Below are positions 13,188 through 25,090 of a stretch of 64,000 nt of DNA, in pieces; the first letter of the stretch is position 1; each line of letters starts with the position of its first letter. Below the pieces are notes generated by a model, which searched no databases, was not told the DNA's origin, and saw nothing but the letters and a program-made list of their open reading frames with translations. The stretch comes from Anthoceros angustus. Its lineage: Eukaryota > Plantae > Anthocerotophyta. The translations under genes and the position numbers were made by a program. The DNA lies in assembly GCA_010909165.1 (NCBI GenBank), contig MU008166.1:1550001-1614000 (forward strand), written 5' to 3'.

Positions 13188-13985
13188 CTTGTACGGCCTT
13201 CCCGCAAACTCCTATAGCCCTTCCCTGCATACGAGAAACCAGGAACAAAGGATACGTATCAAGGCTTGCCGCAAAAATGGACACCCCAAAGCACCAGAGC
13301 AAAGAAGCCATGCAAAGTACACCACCCACAATACCTGAGCCAGTAGCCAAAATCTCTACACAACCCTAAAACCAACAACATTCAGCATACGAGAACACCA
13401 ATTGGCGAACACTCACTCGCACAACCGGACATACAAAGCAATGCAGAAGCGGTCGGGACAATTCCGGTGAGGGCAAGAGGCAGTCGGAGAACGTACCAGA
13501 TGAATTTCAAAATCGACAAGAGCGGCAGGAAGACGCTTGGAGCCGCGCCGGGTCACGCTCCAAGTGAGCAGAAATTAGGTTAGACCAACGCCGAGTTGCC
13601 TGGAGGACGAGTCTAGGTCTGGTACGAGGCTCGGAACCGATTCAACTGAGCCGTCCGTTACACTTCAGGCAGCGATACGACAGTTCGAAAGTGTAGTAGT
13701 AGACTAGACCTAGCATTGCATATGAACAAGTGCTGCGTACTTCCTGCAGAGTGCAACTGAGGATGTCACGATGTAGCAGGCCGAATCGGTACAGGAAGCG
13801 AGAGCTTCAGATGTGCGAACTGCAACCACAGTAGGTGCAAGAAATTCCTTCAAATGGCTCTCGGAAGACCGAATTACACTCCCTTATCAGAGCTACAGAC
13901 CTCCCATCACTTGCAATATACAAGTTGCTTTGCTTTGCTACAAAAAGACGCCTACACCTGACAAAAATGGTCTACGTTCTCCACC

Positions 13986-14601
13986 TCAGTCAAACAAACT
14001 GAAGCCCATGTCGTCATCGCTTTCTTCCTTAGGTTCCTCCTGCACCAGACCAGAAAAGGAGGACGTCAGGATGAAGGCAGCAGCAAAGGAAGCAAAAGGA
14101 TTACGTTCATTGACCTCGAGGAACCACTTCCGCACCTTTTTCTCTTCAACTACTTCTGCGGCGGGTGCGGCGCCGCCGGCAGCGGGGGCAGCTCCTCCGC
14201 TGACGGCAACGGCGCCTCCTCCTCCACCTGCACCATGAGAAAACCAGAATTTCGCCGCGGATTACAGTGTGCTTGACATCACATCATACCACAACGAAGG
14301 ACGAACACAGCGTAACGTACCAGATCCAACATTGGTGATCAAATCCTCCACACTTCTCTTCTCCAGAAGCTTGGCGAACAGCGCTGGCCAGAAGGGCTCG
14401 ATTTGCACCTTGGCTGCCTTCACTAGGGTTGCGATTTTATCAGCCTGCACGTCATCCACTGTTTTCGTGAGTCCTCCATCGAAGTCATGCTGAGGAAGCC
14501 ATGAGCAGACAGATTGAAGAAGTAGTGCTTACCGTGATGGCAATGCCGTCATCGTGCAGAATCAAAGCTGCGTATGTGCAGGCAAGCTCGCTGGACGACA
14601 T
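13986..14601 (-). CDS. RPP1: 60S acidic ribosomal protein P1; exons 14601-14533, 14444-14321, 14227-14136, 14039-13986
   Basis: The spliced product is [23 protein letters not shown]|[27 protein letters not shown]...[18 protein letters not shown]...EEKK|[17 protein letters not shown]. It ends in the conserved P-protein C-terminus and has three GT-AG introns. Confidence 0.96.
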
Positions 14602-14741
14602 GGTCGCTCCTCGTGCGAATTGAACAAATCCGGCAACAGAAATCGCGATGAGCTAGTCGCAAACCGCTGGACCTAGTACGCATATGGCATAACAGTGGAG
14701 CGACGCACGAGGATGTACCTAGTAGGTTTCTTTTAGGGTAG

Positions 14742-14775
14742 TATAAACCCTAAACCCACGTTACTCCTTCTTTCT
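14742..14775 (+). promoter_or_regulatory. TATA fused to a telo-box (AAACCCTA) and a TOP-like pyrimidine tract in the RPP1/RPL12 divergent promoter
   Basis: TATAAA 14742-14747, AAACCCTA 14745-14752, ctccttctttct 14764-14775. Confidence 0.6.
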
Positions 14776-14859
14776 GGTTTTTGTCCCTCTTCTCAGACAA
14801 GGTTTTCCTTTTCGCTCATCTCCGCTCTTGTCGGTAGGAAACTCGCCGGTTGAGCAGCC

Positions 14860-15436
14860 ATGCCGCCCAAGCTCGATCCTTCTCAGGTGGTGGAGGTCTA
14901 TGTCAGGGTTACAGGTAGAGTCTCGCAGGTGTAGTTGATGTTCTAACATGAAGCTGGAGTGTATGGATTACATACTGCGTGGATTTGTTGCAGGTGGTGA
15001 GGTTGGAGCTGCGTCCTCTTTGGCGCCGAAGATTGGTCCTCTGGGGTTGTCGCCCAAGAAGGTTGGAGAGGACATCGCCAAAGAGACTGCCAAGGATTGG
15101 AAGGGGCTGCGGGTCACCGTTAAGCTGACTGTGCAGAACAGGCAGGCTAAGGTTAGTGTGGTGCCTAGTGCGGCGGCTCTCGTGATTAAGGCGTTGAAGG
15201 AGCCGGAGAGGGATAGGAAGAAGGTTAAGAACATCAAGCACAGTGGCAACATCGGGCTCGATGACGTGATTGAGATTGCCAAGATTATGGCTCACAGGTC
15301 CATGGCCAAGGGCCTGGAGGGCACTGTAAAGGAGATATTGGGAACCTGTGTGTCGGTAGGGTGCACAGTGGACGGCAAGAGCCCTAAGGACCTGCAAAGT
15401 GAGATAGATGACGGAACTGTAGAAATTCCGGCTTAA
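14860..15436 (+). CDS. RPL12: 60S ribosomal protein L12 (uL11); exons 14860-14914 and 14994-15436
   Basis: [19 protein letters not shown]|[51 protein letters not shown]...[17 protein letters not shown]. Confidence 0.97.
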
Positions 15437-18400
15437 TTTTTGTAGGCACTCGCCATTGCTTAAAGCAAACAATTTTGGTCCAATTCTCGTGTTTGAAGGC
15501 AGTTCAGGCTTCGTTCAAGTCTTGGCTACTGGATGTGGTGCTGTGGGGAGCAGGCTCAATTCTTGCTTCTCTACGATCTCTCGTCAGCTTCTGCTTTTTC
15601 GTGTGCTTGCGATGCTTACCGTCATAGTGTCTCGGATATGCAGTATATGTATGTACTATGTCCTAGGTACCTGGAATTTGGATGTGATATTTTTCAGGCC
15701 AAGGACGTCCAGTGTGTTCTTCACCTAACGTGGTCCACCGCTCGTGTGTTGAATCAGATCTTATTATTGTTTTATGGTTTCTTCGCAGCTCCTCCTTCCT
15801 CTGGTGGTAGCACATGCGTGTCCAGCTTTGTCACGGCTGCCGTTATGCGGCTATTGCGTGGACAATGCATCACGGGTGGTGGGCATCGCAATATTTCCGA
15901 GGATTTAATATTACATGTAGTTTTACTTGCCTTGTCCTCCTGCTTTGTGGACCAAGGCTGCCTGAATCATCGTTGCCGAGCACGTCTTGTGTAGCAGGTA
16001 CTGATGGCTTGGTTGTGCAGCCTCCGAGCGGTAGCACGTCAGTGGCCTCCAGCGGACAGAGTCCAAGCTTAAAAGGATTCATCAGTCATGGGGACAGGGC
16101 CGACCGCCGTAATCCACACTCCAAGCGTTTATTAAGGGAGTACACTTGACTGGGGTCTGCCCCAGCCGACGGTACTTGCCTTTAGGTGTCCTTTTCTTTT
16201 AAGGGGGTTTCCATTGTAGTGTTTCCTGCTAGACTGCGCTGCACAGATACATACCTTAGCTTTCAGGGATGTGGGAGGCTGATACAGCTGCCCCCAGCTT
16301 TCCCTGGACACGGTCTTATCCAGCGGAAGGTCCTAACGAAAGTGGAGCAACTCCTTTCAGAATTGCTTACCCCCTTTGGTGCAAAGTACACGGAACGACA
16401 TGTTCAATTGTTAAGCAGATGATGCGTCTTGTTAAAGTTCCTACAGGGAATATGTTTCTTATCATATGCTTCCTCGCAGATGGTTCCCAAGGCGTCTTTC
16501 ACACCTGTCAGAGACTGAAACTTGGATTACATAACACTGCTCAGCCCAATGTACATAACCACGGAGAGACGAAGGTGTAGGAGAGTATTGCTCCAGCTGG
16601 CAGGAATAAAGTGCTGCTGCAAAGTCTGCAGGCACCAGTAATCCACAATCCAAAGTTCGACAAGGGCGTAACAGGGGACGTTGCCTACAGTTGCAGCCTG
16701 CTCCAGTGGCATCTGTTTGACTTTAGATGGCCAATCCCGAAATCCGTCCGAATTTCAGACACGGAATTGTACTTAGAGGTACTGTATTTTTTGCTGGGTT
16801 TCGTGTATGTATGTACTTGCAACATTGCAATGTCTGCAGAGCAGCGGCAGCACCGGCATCACTTTATCGAAGCGGGCACTATGGCCTCCCTTTTGGGCTC
16901 CCTCATCGAAACAGCTACCTCAATGTCAACTGGCAAACAGCTTTATCTCTTTATCTACAGTGTTCATACAGAAGCTACCTTCCTATCCGGAAGGGTATAT
17001 ATTTTGTGTAAAAAGCAGCGCAAGCCACTTAAAAGAGATGAGTTGTGTCATGGACAGGCTCACCTAGGCAGAGCCTCCTCCAACGGAAGATCCTAGGGAA
17101 AGTGCGAGTGCCAGCTGCCTGGCGTGCTATTACGTGCCTAGTTGACCCAGAACCACATCACTGAAGCAAGAGCTCCTCCACATCCACAGCAGCCCACCGG
17201 AGACATCCATGCAGCATGCAGCTGGGAAGCCACATTTGGGGCGTGAAACTTTGATTCGGGGTCCGCAAGGGCAACGTGGTGACGGCAAGGACAAACAGTG
17301 GCCGGAGATGGAGAATCATCAAGCAGCCATGAAGTGCAGGCCCGGGACACTACCTCGTCCTTGTCCTGATTCTCTAATACCAGTCCGTGCTCACCACCCC
17401 AGGTTGTAGCGACATAACACTGTAGCCCTAATGGTGGGTGCAACAGGAATCGGATTCCGGGAATCCGCCATGCCATGGTTTCGCCAGCGTCCAGACTCCC
17501 AAGCCCGGACAGTTGGCCCCGCTACATCTCTCTGGTGGACAGTTGGGGAACAGGAGCCACCAGTTCCGCGACAGAAACAAGCCACAGAAAGGGGTTTAAT
17601 ATCGGGGACAACGCGTGATGAGGGCACGGCAGGTGTGTCAGCGGCAGCAGCAGCAGCAGCAGCGGCTGCAGCTGAGAGCCGCAGCAAATCGGCGATGCAG
17701 GACATCCAGACTTCAGCGCGCCATTTGGAGAGACGCGATTCACCGTTTCCCGACTCCCACGTGAGACACTAGGAGAGGCAATCACTTTGGGCGTGGCCGG
17801 GCCCCAGTGGGACTGGACTGGCACATACTGGATCATCCTCAGCCTCGGTGCCTGGCCAGTGGCCGGCCACCGCTAGCTGGGCCTCTCCTGTGATAGAGGA
17901 CACTGTCAGAATTACGGCACAGGCACATCACTCACTACTCCTTTCCCGTCACAGGTCGCTCGCGCCTCCTTCTTCCCCTTCTTCCCTTCACCTTCCCTGT
18001 ACCCCTTTTTCTCACATTTTCTCGGTGACTGTGGTGCAGAGATTTTGCCAGAAACGCGAGATGGCTTGTGCCGGCCGCCTGTAGGCTCGTGGGCGTGGGC
18101 CCCGTCTCCCCTTCCCTCTCCCTTCCCCCTCCCCCAAGTGGGCTGTAGCCTGTTTGGTCGCTGTCTATGGAATGTTGCTTCTCAGTCGCTTTGTCTCTCT
18201 TTCTTTAGCCTCAGCTGCTATCCCGCCCTGCACTACCTTCAAATGGAATGTCCCTCCTCCACTCACCGGCCTAGCACCTGCCTCCTCTTCACCGGAAGAT
18301 CTCTTCAGGTGAACGCATCGATTCTCATTCTTCCTCCACATATGCATTTCATCCCACCTCTAACTTCCATATCACTCCCAATTCACTCACTCTCACTGCT

Positions 18401-20284
18401 GCCTTGTTTTTGTCTGTCTTTCTCGTAAAATATCACCTACACCAGCACTTTATTCCATACCAGTATTCAAACTTAGTGAAAAACTAGTTTTTGTTTAGCA
18501 ATGAATACAATATATGGATCACAACTTTGATGTTCTCTCTTTTCTACATTTTACTTTAATGTGTGAATGTGTATGTGTACTTAGAGATTGTGCCGGCGAA
18601 GAAGAAGATCAATATGACCTATCACCAAACATACAACAACCCAGGAGAAAGAAAATGGAACATGGGATGCAACTAAGCCCAAGGTGCGAGGGACTTCTTT
18701 TTCATGCAATCGTCCATATCAATACTATCTCTTGTAGGAGACATTCTTCCTCTTAGGCATTCTTGGATACGATTCCACATGAGAGATATTATCTAAAATA
18801 GAAGGTGCATTGGAGGAAACTAAAAGCTGCTCCCATAGGATTGCGGCTCCCATAGGATTGCCCTCTATATGGGCCTGATTTTGTCTTGGAAGTACAAGTG
18901 TCTTTGAATTGGCATTTCATTTTCATTCAGCTCCAACTCCAACTCCAACTAAGGAAGTGCATTCCAATTCCCCCATGCATGCCGATTGAAGCTGCTTGTA
19001 CTTGGGACTGGCTTCTGTAGCTCTGACTGCATATACTCCGTGCATGCATAATTCCCAAGATACGGGGAACAAGGCCCCAGAGGACCAAATCCGTTATAGA
19101 TGGGCTCCGCTCAAATACAACCTCCCCAAATTCATACACGACGTCCTGCACTAGTACTGCTGCTTGCCGCTTTCTGGTTGCTGGTTGCTGGTTGCTGCTT
19201 TCGAGCCTTAAACGGGCTGCTATGCGCAGCACACAACTTGGGGTAAACCAGTCCCGCCAAGTACAAAAGAGTGGGAGCCGGATTTCGCCACGACCTGGGT
19301 GCGCCACCGTGTGCCAGAATCATTTTTCATTTCACTAAATTCAGGTCAGGTCAAGCGGGGCCGAATTCCCATGTTCCCAAATTCTTGCTCCAGGTGCGTA
19401 CCATTTTGGAATTGCCTAGTAATATTTTAGGGTTTCGTTAAGCCTAAGGTAAGCCCAAATTCACCTAATGTGGGTCCGATTTTCGAAATTAGTGATTAAG
19501 GATTCCGCAAACGCAAAAGCAGTCCAGTACGTATGTTTTTTGAGATTTGTGATTCCGGATAATATTAGTTTCTAATGTTTTGTACTTCACAGTACAGCCA
19601 TAAATCTCCTATTTTATTTTGTGGTAAGTGTCCTGCTTTATTAAATTCTGTGTTGATATAGCATCTAGTTCATATTGCGAGGAAAGGACTCATTTCATAT
19701 ATTGATGATATAGGTTAATAATACAAGTCATAAATATCAGTCTTCCCGATGTTCACACGTGATATCAGGTTATCGAGTTAGACCGAGGTCAAGGATAGAT
19801 CTTTCATGTGAACTTTGAGTAGATAAGAGAGAAAATTCTTGTAAGTATGAACCAAGGTAACAAGTCCTAAACCGCAAGTTCCCACTCATGGATATCAAGT
19901 CTTTTGAACTCGATTTTTTGCTATTATTTTTTATTAAAATAAAATATGGAGTAAAAAAATAATATAAAATATAAAATATAAAATTCTTAGTTAAAATTTA
20001 TTATTAAAAATCTGTTAAATATATATAGATATGTAGTTAAGTATTAATTTGTAACTACCTACTGACTTATGTACATCTAAGATCTAAGTTAAATAATGGT
20101 AGCATGTGGATGGCACAGAATCTGTGACTGGGAAATTGACCGGGAAATTCGTGGACGGTTTCGCCACATGAGCAAGGGCGAAAGTGGAAGGGGCAAGGGA
20201 AGTGACAGTCTGACAGGCCGCCTTCGTAGACTCATCAGCGGGTGCTGCCAGTGTGCCACTGGCCGCCACCAGCAGCCGCAAGCG

Positions 20285-20300
20285 TATAAAATTCTGTCTC
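20285..20300 (+). promoter_or_regulatory. TATA box and adjacent AuxRE (TGTCTC) of the SAUR gene
   Basis: TATAAAA 20285-20291 and TGTCTC 20295-20300. A further TGTCGG lies at ~20633. Confidence 0.55.
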
Positions 20301-20440
20301 CTGCACTAGCAGCCGCGCCCATTGCCTACCAGCCGAGTCCAGCCCCCGGTCCAAACTCCTCCTCCAAGCTTCCAGCGCGCCTCGCCTGTCCCCCTCCCCT
20401 CCCTCCTGGCTCCGCACCCCCGAGTCACTCACCGCGTGTC

Positions 20441-20545
20441 ATGTTCGGTCCCGCCATCGCCTTCCTCTCGCACGAGCTCAAGGCGCGGCCGAGGCTGCTG
20501 CGCGTTCTTGAATTCATCTGCCGCCTTCGCAGCCGCCATGGCTGA
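20441..20545 (+). other. 34-aa upstream ORF in the SAUR 5' leader (candidate conserved-peptide uORF)
   Basis: ATG 20441 encodes MFGPAIAFLSHELKARPRLLRVLEFICRLRSRHG*. It lies between the TATA box and the SAUR ATG. A second short uORF (MAELGRAAML*, 20538-20570) overlaps its end. Confidence 0.65.
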
Positions 20546-20657
20546 GCTCGGGCGCGCAGCGATGCTGTAAAGCAACGCAAAGCCAAGGGGCAAAGCAACG
20601 GGAAGGGGTAACAATCTTGGAAGCTCTGCGGCTGTCGGCGTTGTGCTCCTTGCTGCA

Positions 20658-21170
20658 ATGGCAGTCCAGACCAGCGTCTCCAGAATGGACCGGATCTTGG
20701 AGGTGGTGAAGAAGTGGCGGAGGCTGGCGAAGCACAACCGCTCCTACTCCTCGCTCTCCTCGCTCCGGAGCTCCTCCAGGTCCATGTCCTTCTCCTCCGC
20801 CTGCTTCTCCGACGACGCCAGCCTGCGGAAGTCCCGCTCCTTCGACATGTCGGACTTGGACGGCGACTTCGATGACGAGGACGACGCGGGGCAGTGCCCC
20901 GAGGACGTGCCCGAGGGCTTCCTGGCGGTGTATGTCGGGGCGGAGCGCCGCCGCTTCGTCATCAGCACGGAGTGGCTCAGCCATCGCCTGTTCAAGGTTC
21001 TGCTGGACAAGTCGGAGCAGGAGTACGGCTTCGAGCACCAAGGCGGCCTCACCATTGCCTGTGACGTTGTGCTGTTTGAGCACCTGGTGTGGCTGCTCGG
21101 GAAACAGGACCCCGCGGCCTGGTGCCCCGAGCTGGACGCCCTTCTTACCTTCTACGACGGCTGCGACTGA
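20658..21170 (+). CDS. SAUR: SAUR (small auxin-up RNA) family protein, intronless
   Basis: VVKKWRRLAK...DVPEGFLAVYVGAERRRFVISTEWLSHRLFKVLLDKSEQEYGFEHQGGLTIACDVVLFEHLVWLL. Confidence 0.95.
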   Translation: MAVQTSVSRMDRILEVVKKWRRLAKHNRSYSSLSSLRSSSRSMSFSSACFSDDASLRKSRSFDMSDLDGDFDDEDDAGQCPEDVPEGFLAVYVGAERRRFVISTEWLSHRLFKVLLDKSEQEYGFEHQGGLTIACDVVLFEHLVWLLGKQDPAAWCPELDALLTFYDGCD

Positions 21171-21227
21171 TGCGCTCACCGAGGAGGACGGGGCGCAATG
21201 GATTGTCACAAATGGTTTCGCAACGGC

Positions 21228-21410
21228 GGAGGAGGAGGTGAAGGTGTAGTAGTAGGAGGAGAAGGTGAAGGGGCGCGGGAGGAGGAGGAGGAGGAGGTGG
21301 AGGAGGTGGAGGAGGTGGAGGAGGAGGAGGAGGAGGAGGAGGAGGAGGTGGAGGAGGAGGAGGAGGAGGAGGAGGAGGAGGAGGAGAAGGTGGAGGAGGG
21401 GAGGAGGAGA
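21228..21410 (+). repeat. (GAG)n / GGA-rich microsatellite in the SAUR 3' region
   Basis: Long imperfect gaggaggag run just after the SAUR stop codon. Confidence 0.9.
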
Positions 21411-22518
21411 AGGCCTGTATGTTTGTGTAACGGAGGCAAGTCATGGCGGACTGGGTGGACTGGGAGTAGGCACCATCGGATCGAACCAGAAATGCTCCCC
21501 TTCCTCTCAGGCTTGCTTCTGGCTGACGGATCCCGTGGTATCAGTCTTATAGACGTCCAATGTTAAGAATATGCAGCAGCTGGAGTGAAGCGTGGGGGTC
21601 ACAAGCGTCCATCACACAGCGGCGAATCAATCGTCACCGAGTGAACTCCAAGCAAGCGGCACCGGGTGTGAACTGTTTTTGTTGTCTGAAAATCGAGCAA
21701 GTTGAGACTCATTGTGCTGGAACTTCTTGGTGCGGGTTGGGTTGGTAGCTGCACTCTCGCATGTGAAAATCATAGCTAGGTAGATCAGGCAGATTGCAGG
21801 GAGAGAAAAACAGCAAAAAATACTGTCAGTCTGTCACAGAGGTTGGGGACTCTGCGGCCGTTTTGATCAGGCTGAGAGCAAGCACTTACTCAACTCACTT
21901 TCGTAGGAAGAGGATAGCGTCCTTGGGACACCATTGTAGCTTGTTTCGATCAAACCGTGTGCTCTGTTTGCGACGAGGTTTGGCCGCGACGTTTGCCGGC
22001 CGCCCGTTCGACTGTACACGTGTAATATATTAATTGTTTCAGTAAGCTCTTCGCTTCCACAAGCAGCATCCCTTGGTGTTCAAGCTATAAAGTCAAGCAA
22101 GACGTGAGAGGCGTGGCAGTCTGCTTAAGTCCAGAAAGCACTTCTTGTTGCAATGCGTTCGCCCTTGCATCGAAGCTTCTGCCGGTGCTGGTGCGAGAGA
22201 GAGGAGAGCGTCGCCCTTCCTGCACTGCCAGTTCCGTGCACAGATCCTTGATTCTCTGAAGTCTGGAGGTTTCTTGGCCTCTACAGGACACTGGTTCAAT
22301 TTTGGAGGAAGGAGTGATGTGAGAGGAACTCGGTACAGTGTTTGGACTCTTGCTGCTTTTAGGGCAAATGTGCGGGTCCTGTGACGTGTGTTTGCTGCGA
22401 CTCCGAGCTTAGGGTTTGGAAACTGTGGAAGTGGATTTGTGTCGGGCCCGTGCATGGAGAATTGTGCCGGCGTGCTTTGTGGTGAGCAGTGATCAGGGAA
22501 GGTGACACAAACCCGCTC

Positions 22519-23640
22519 ATGGAGCCCAGGACGAAGAAGCAGAAACGTGAAGGTGAGGCTGGTATTGAGAAGGAAGGGCTGTGGGGGAGGTTGCCAGGCG
22601 AGCTTATCGAGCGAGTGTTGGTATGTCTGCCCACTCCTAGCCGTATCCGCGCCGCCACTGTTTGCAAGGGGTGGAAGGAGCTGATCTTCTCTGACCGGTT
22701 CAAGGAGAGCTGCAGCCGGGCACCTGCGCAGCTTCCCTGGCTACTTGGGCGAGGCGATGGAAACACGATGCTGGCTTACTCTTCTGCTGAGAAGAAAACA
22801 TACAGGCTTATGGGGGCAATCGGGCTTCCCTCGCGGTCTGAGATTTGCTCAGGAGCATCGGGGCTGCTATGTGCGGTTCACGTGCTTACTGATCATGTCT
22901 CTGTCTACCTTATAGACCCCTTGTCCCAGTATGTGAAGCGATTGCCCGAGTTACAGGCTTACGATGGAGCGGTGATTTCTCTTCAGGTTGACGAGAATAC
23001 ATGTCCTCCGAGTTATCGTGTTCTGGCGTTCGTCTATGTAGTTCCCCGGGGGTTTACCACAGTGATATATCACTCGGCTGCTGGGCATTGGAGACCATCT
23101 GGAAGCAGATGGCCGTTACCGAGTGCTGAGGTTTTGGATGCGGTTGTCGTCGGTTCACATGTGTATTGTATATTTGCTAATTACTTTGGAGGCTTGTCGA
23201 TGGGAGCCTATGATTACCGACTGGATCTATGGACAGAAGTGTGCGCACCAATGTTGTCGTATATAAAGCTCCCTAGGCTTGCAGATAGCTCAGGCCAGCT
23301 TATGCTGGTAGGGCGTGCTGGGAAGATATCCAAGCATACTGAAGGGATTGAAGTGTTCTGCATGGACATCTCGACCGGCAAGTGGGAAGAATGGGAATGT
23401 ATGCCAGCAAAGAAGTGCAAGTATTTTGTAAAACGTCAAATATCGCAATGTGCGGGGGGAGCCAAGGGAGAGCTGTATCTTGGAACAGGGAAAAGACACC
23501 ATCGCATTGTTAGGTACGATCATTCGAAGAGGTCTTGGATCACACTGCCCTCATTTTCACAGGGCCCTGTGGTTCGCTATGAACCTAGATGGGGGGCTTA
23601 TATGCTTCTAAACTCAAGTGAATGTGTGCCACAATCTTGA
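22519..23640 (+). CDS. F-box protein with a C-terminal kelch-like/beta-propeller domain, intronless
   Basis: F-box LWGRLPGELIERVLVCLPTPSRIRAATVCKGWKELIFSDRF. Then SGLLC, DPLSQYVKRLP, IYHSAAGHW, AYDYRLDLW, PRLADSSGQLMLVG and YDHSKRSWITLP, all typical of plant F-box/kelch-like proteins. Confidence 0.88.
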   Translation: MEPRTKKQKREGEAGIEKEGLWGRLPGELIERVLVCLPTPSRIRAATVCKGWKELIFSDRFKESCSRAPAQLPWLLGRGDGNTMLAYSSAEKKTYRLMGAIGLPSRSEICSGASGLLCAVHVLTDHVSVYLIDPLSQYVKRLPELQAYDGAVISLQVDENTCPPSYRVLAFVYVVPRGFTTVIYHSAAGHWRPSGSRWPLPSAEVLDAVVVGSHVYCIFANYFGGLSMGAYDYRLDLWTEVCAPMLSYIKLPRLADSSGQLMLVGRAGKISKHTEGIEVFCMDISTGKWEEWECMPAKKCKYFVKRQISQCAGGAKGELYLGTGKRHHRIVRYDHSKRSWITLPSFSQGPVVRYEPRWGAYMLLNSSECVPQS

Positions 23641-24554
23641 GATATTCGATTCCTGTTGTCTTCTTGTCAGTGAACAGGTGCTTGTACCTGGACAATTTAA
23701 TGCAAGGTGCCCTTTGACTGTCGTCTCCATTACTACATACCTGTCACGGGCCTCATGTGGGTTGGCATTTACCTCACTGTTTCCTTTGGAGTGTCAGTCA
23801 GGCTCTTCTTGTGTTCTGCCTCCAGGCCCTTGTATGCCGCCTCGGTAGAAGACGGAGCAATTGTCAATAGTCTGTTCTTACTATTTGCAGAGCCACCTAC
23901 CTCCATGGGTGATGTTTTTGAGGGAACTTTGTCTCACTTCCATGGATGGTGATGCGGGTAGTTGATGCTCTTGCTGGCAAACTGGACTACAATGTGCTCC
24001 ACGTGAAGTGGGTGCCCAGCTGTGCGCCGTCATGATTCAAGTGGAGGCTAACTGAGGCCACATCAATTTCTAGCCGACGGTAAATCGAGAAGGGAAAGCC
24101 CGTGTTCGTGGGCGGAGGAACGAGCACATCGTTGCTTTCCATCAGTAGTCAGGCCGTAACGCTTGGCGAGGGCTTGTTCCAGTATGCTCGATACTACAAA
24201 ATCACGCATGCGGGCTTCCCCTTTCTTGCCCGATGCGGGTCCGCTCCTCAGGCCTGCTTTTCCATGTTAGGTGTCCCTGCGTGATTTCTGTATTCCATGT
24301 AGCAGCTGGGCCCACTTGCCCACTCGCAAACGGAGGATGGCAGCCGTGGGAAGCTGTGGGATGGGGTTAGGGTCATTAACAGGTTCCCCCACATCTGCAC
24401 TGTTAGGGAATGATGTATATGGAAGGGAAAACTTGTCAATGACTCTGACCTCCTTGAAGATGCTCGTTGTTGATGGTACTGACGTTGTGTTATGTAGATA
24501 GTTACTACAATTTGTTGAAACCTGGGTTGGAACTGGTGATGGTGATGGTGCTGG

Positions 24555-25090
24555 TGCTGGATATAATGTAGCATTGATGATTCTGAGCCTCCCAGGCCTG
24601 CAGGAAGGAAATGGCGCAACAGCTGATACTGTGAACAGGACTATCCGACAAGGGGAGCTCACCCAGGCTGTAGAAGGTCTAGGAATTGTAGAAGCATTCT
24701 GTTACATAGTAGGTGGAAAGGATGTAGCACTGGGTCGCCGTGTTCATGCTTGGCAGGTTGTAAGAAGCACTGTATGTGTTTACCGTGGTTGCTGAACCTG
24801 ATGCCTTTGTTCGGCCTTCCATTTTTTCTGCTTTTGTATAGCAAGGACAAGGTAAAGCAGACGTCCCTGCAATTGCATATATCTGATGTGCCTCCCAAGT
24901 GTGAAGCCATATGGCCATGTTTGTATAGCAGCAAACTTGGCCAGGCATGATTATGCAAGGGGAGCCCACTTGAAAACTGGGTAGCAGATACCGGCGGATG
25001 TGTTGGCTACGGGGTTGAGCCTAACCTCTCTTTTTGTCTGTCGTGGGTAGATGGACTACGTGCGAAGCTTAGCAGCTTTAGACTCTGAAA
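24555..25090 (+). pseudogene. Decayed 5' fragment of a PLS-PPR gene paralogous to the two downstream genes
   Basis: QGELTQAVEGLG...KDVALGRRVH, PDAF, GQGKADV.AI, LKTG*Q...DVLATGLS align with the N-terminus of the PPRs at 25597 and 29215, but with frameshifts and stops. Confidence 0.75.

Noticed and set aside
14228-14532. Intronic snoRNAs in RPP1
   Set aside because: No convincing box C/D pair with a terminal stem, and no H/ACA structure.
17800-18420. Conserved miRNA precursor or TAS3-like locus
   Set aside because: No match to the mature conserved miRNAs I recall, and no clear long fold-back by eye.
21145-21566. Poly-E, poly-P, poly-R and poly-S ORFs
   Set aside because: They are translation artefacts of the (GAG)n microsatellite.
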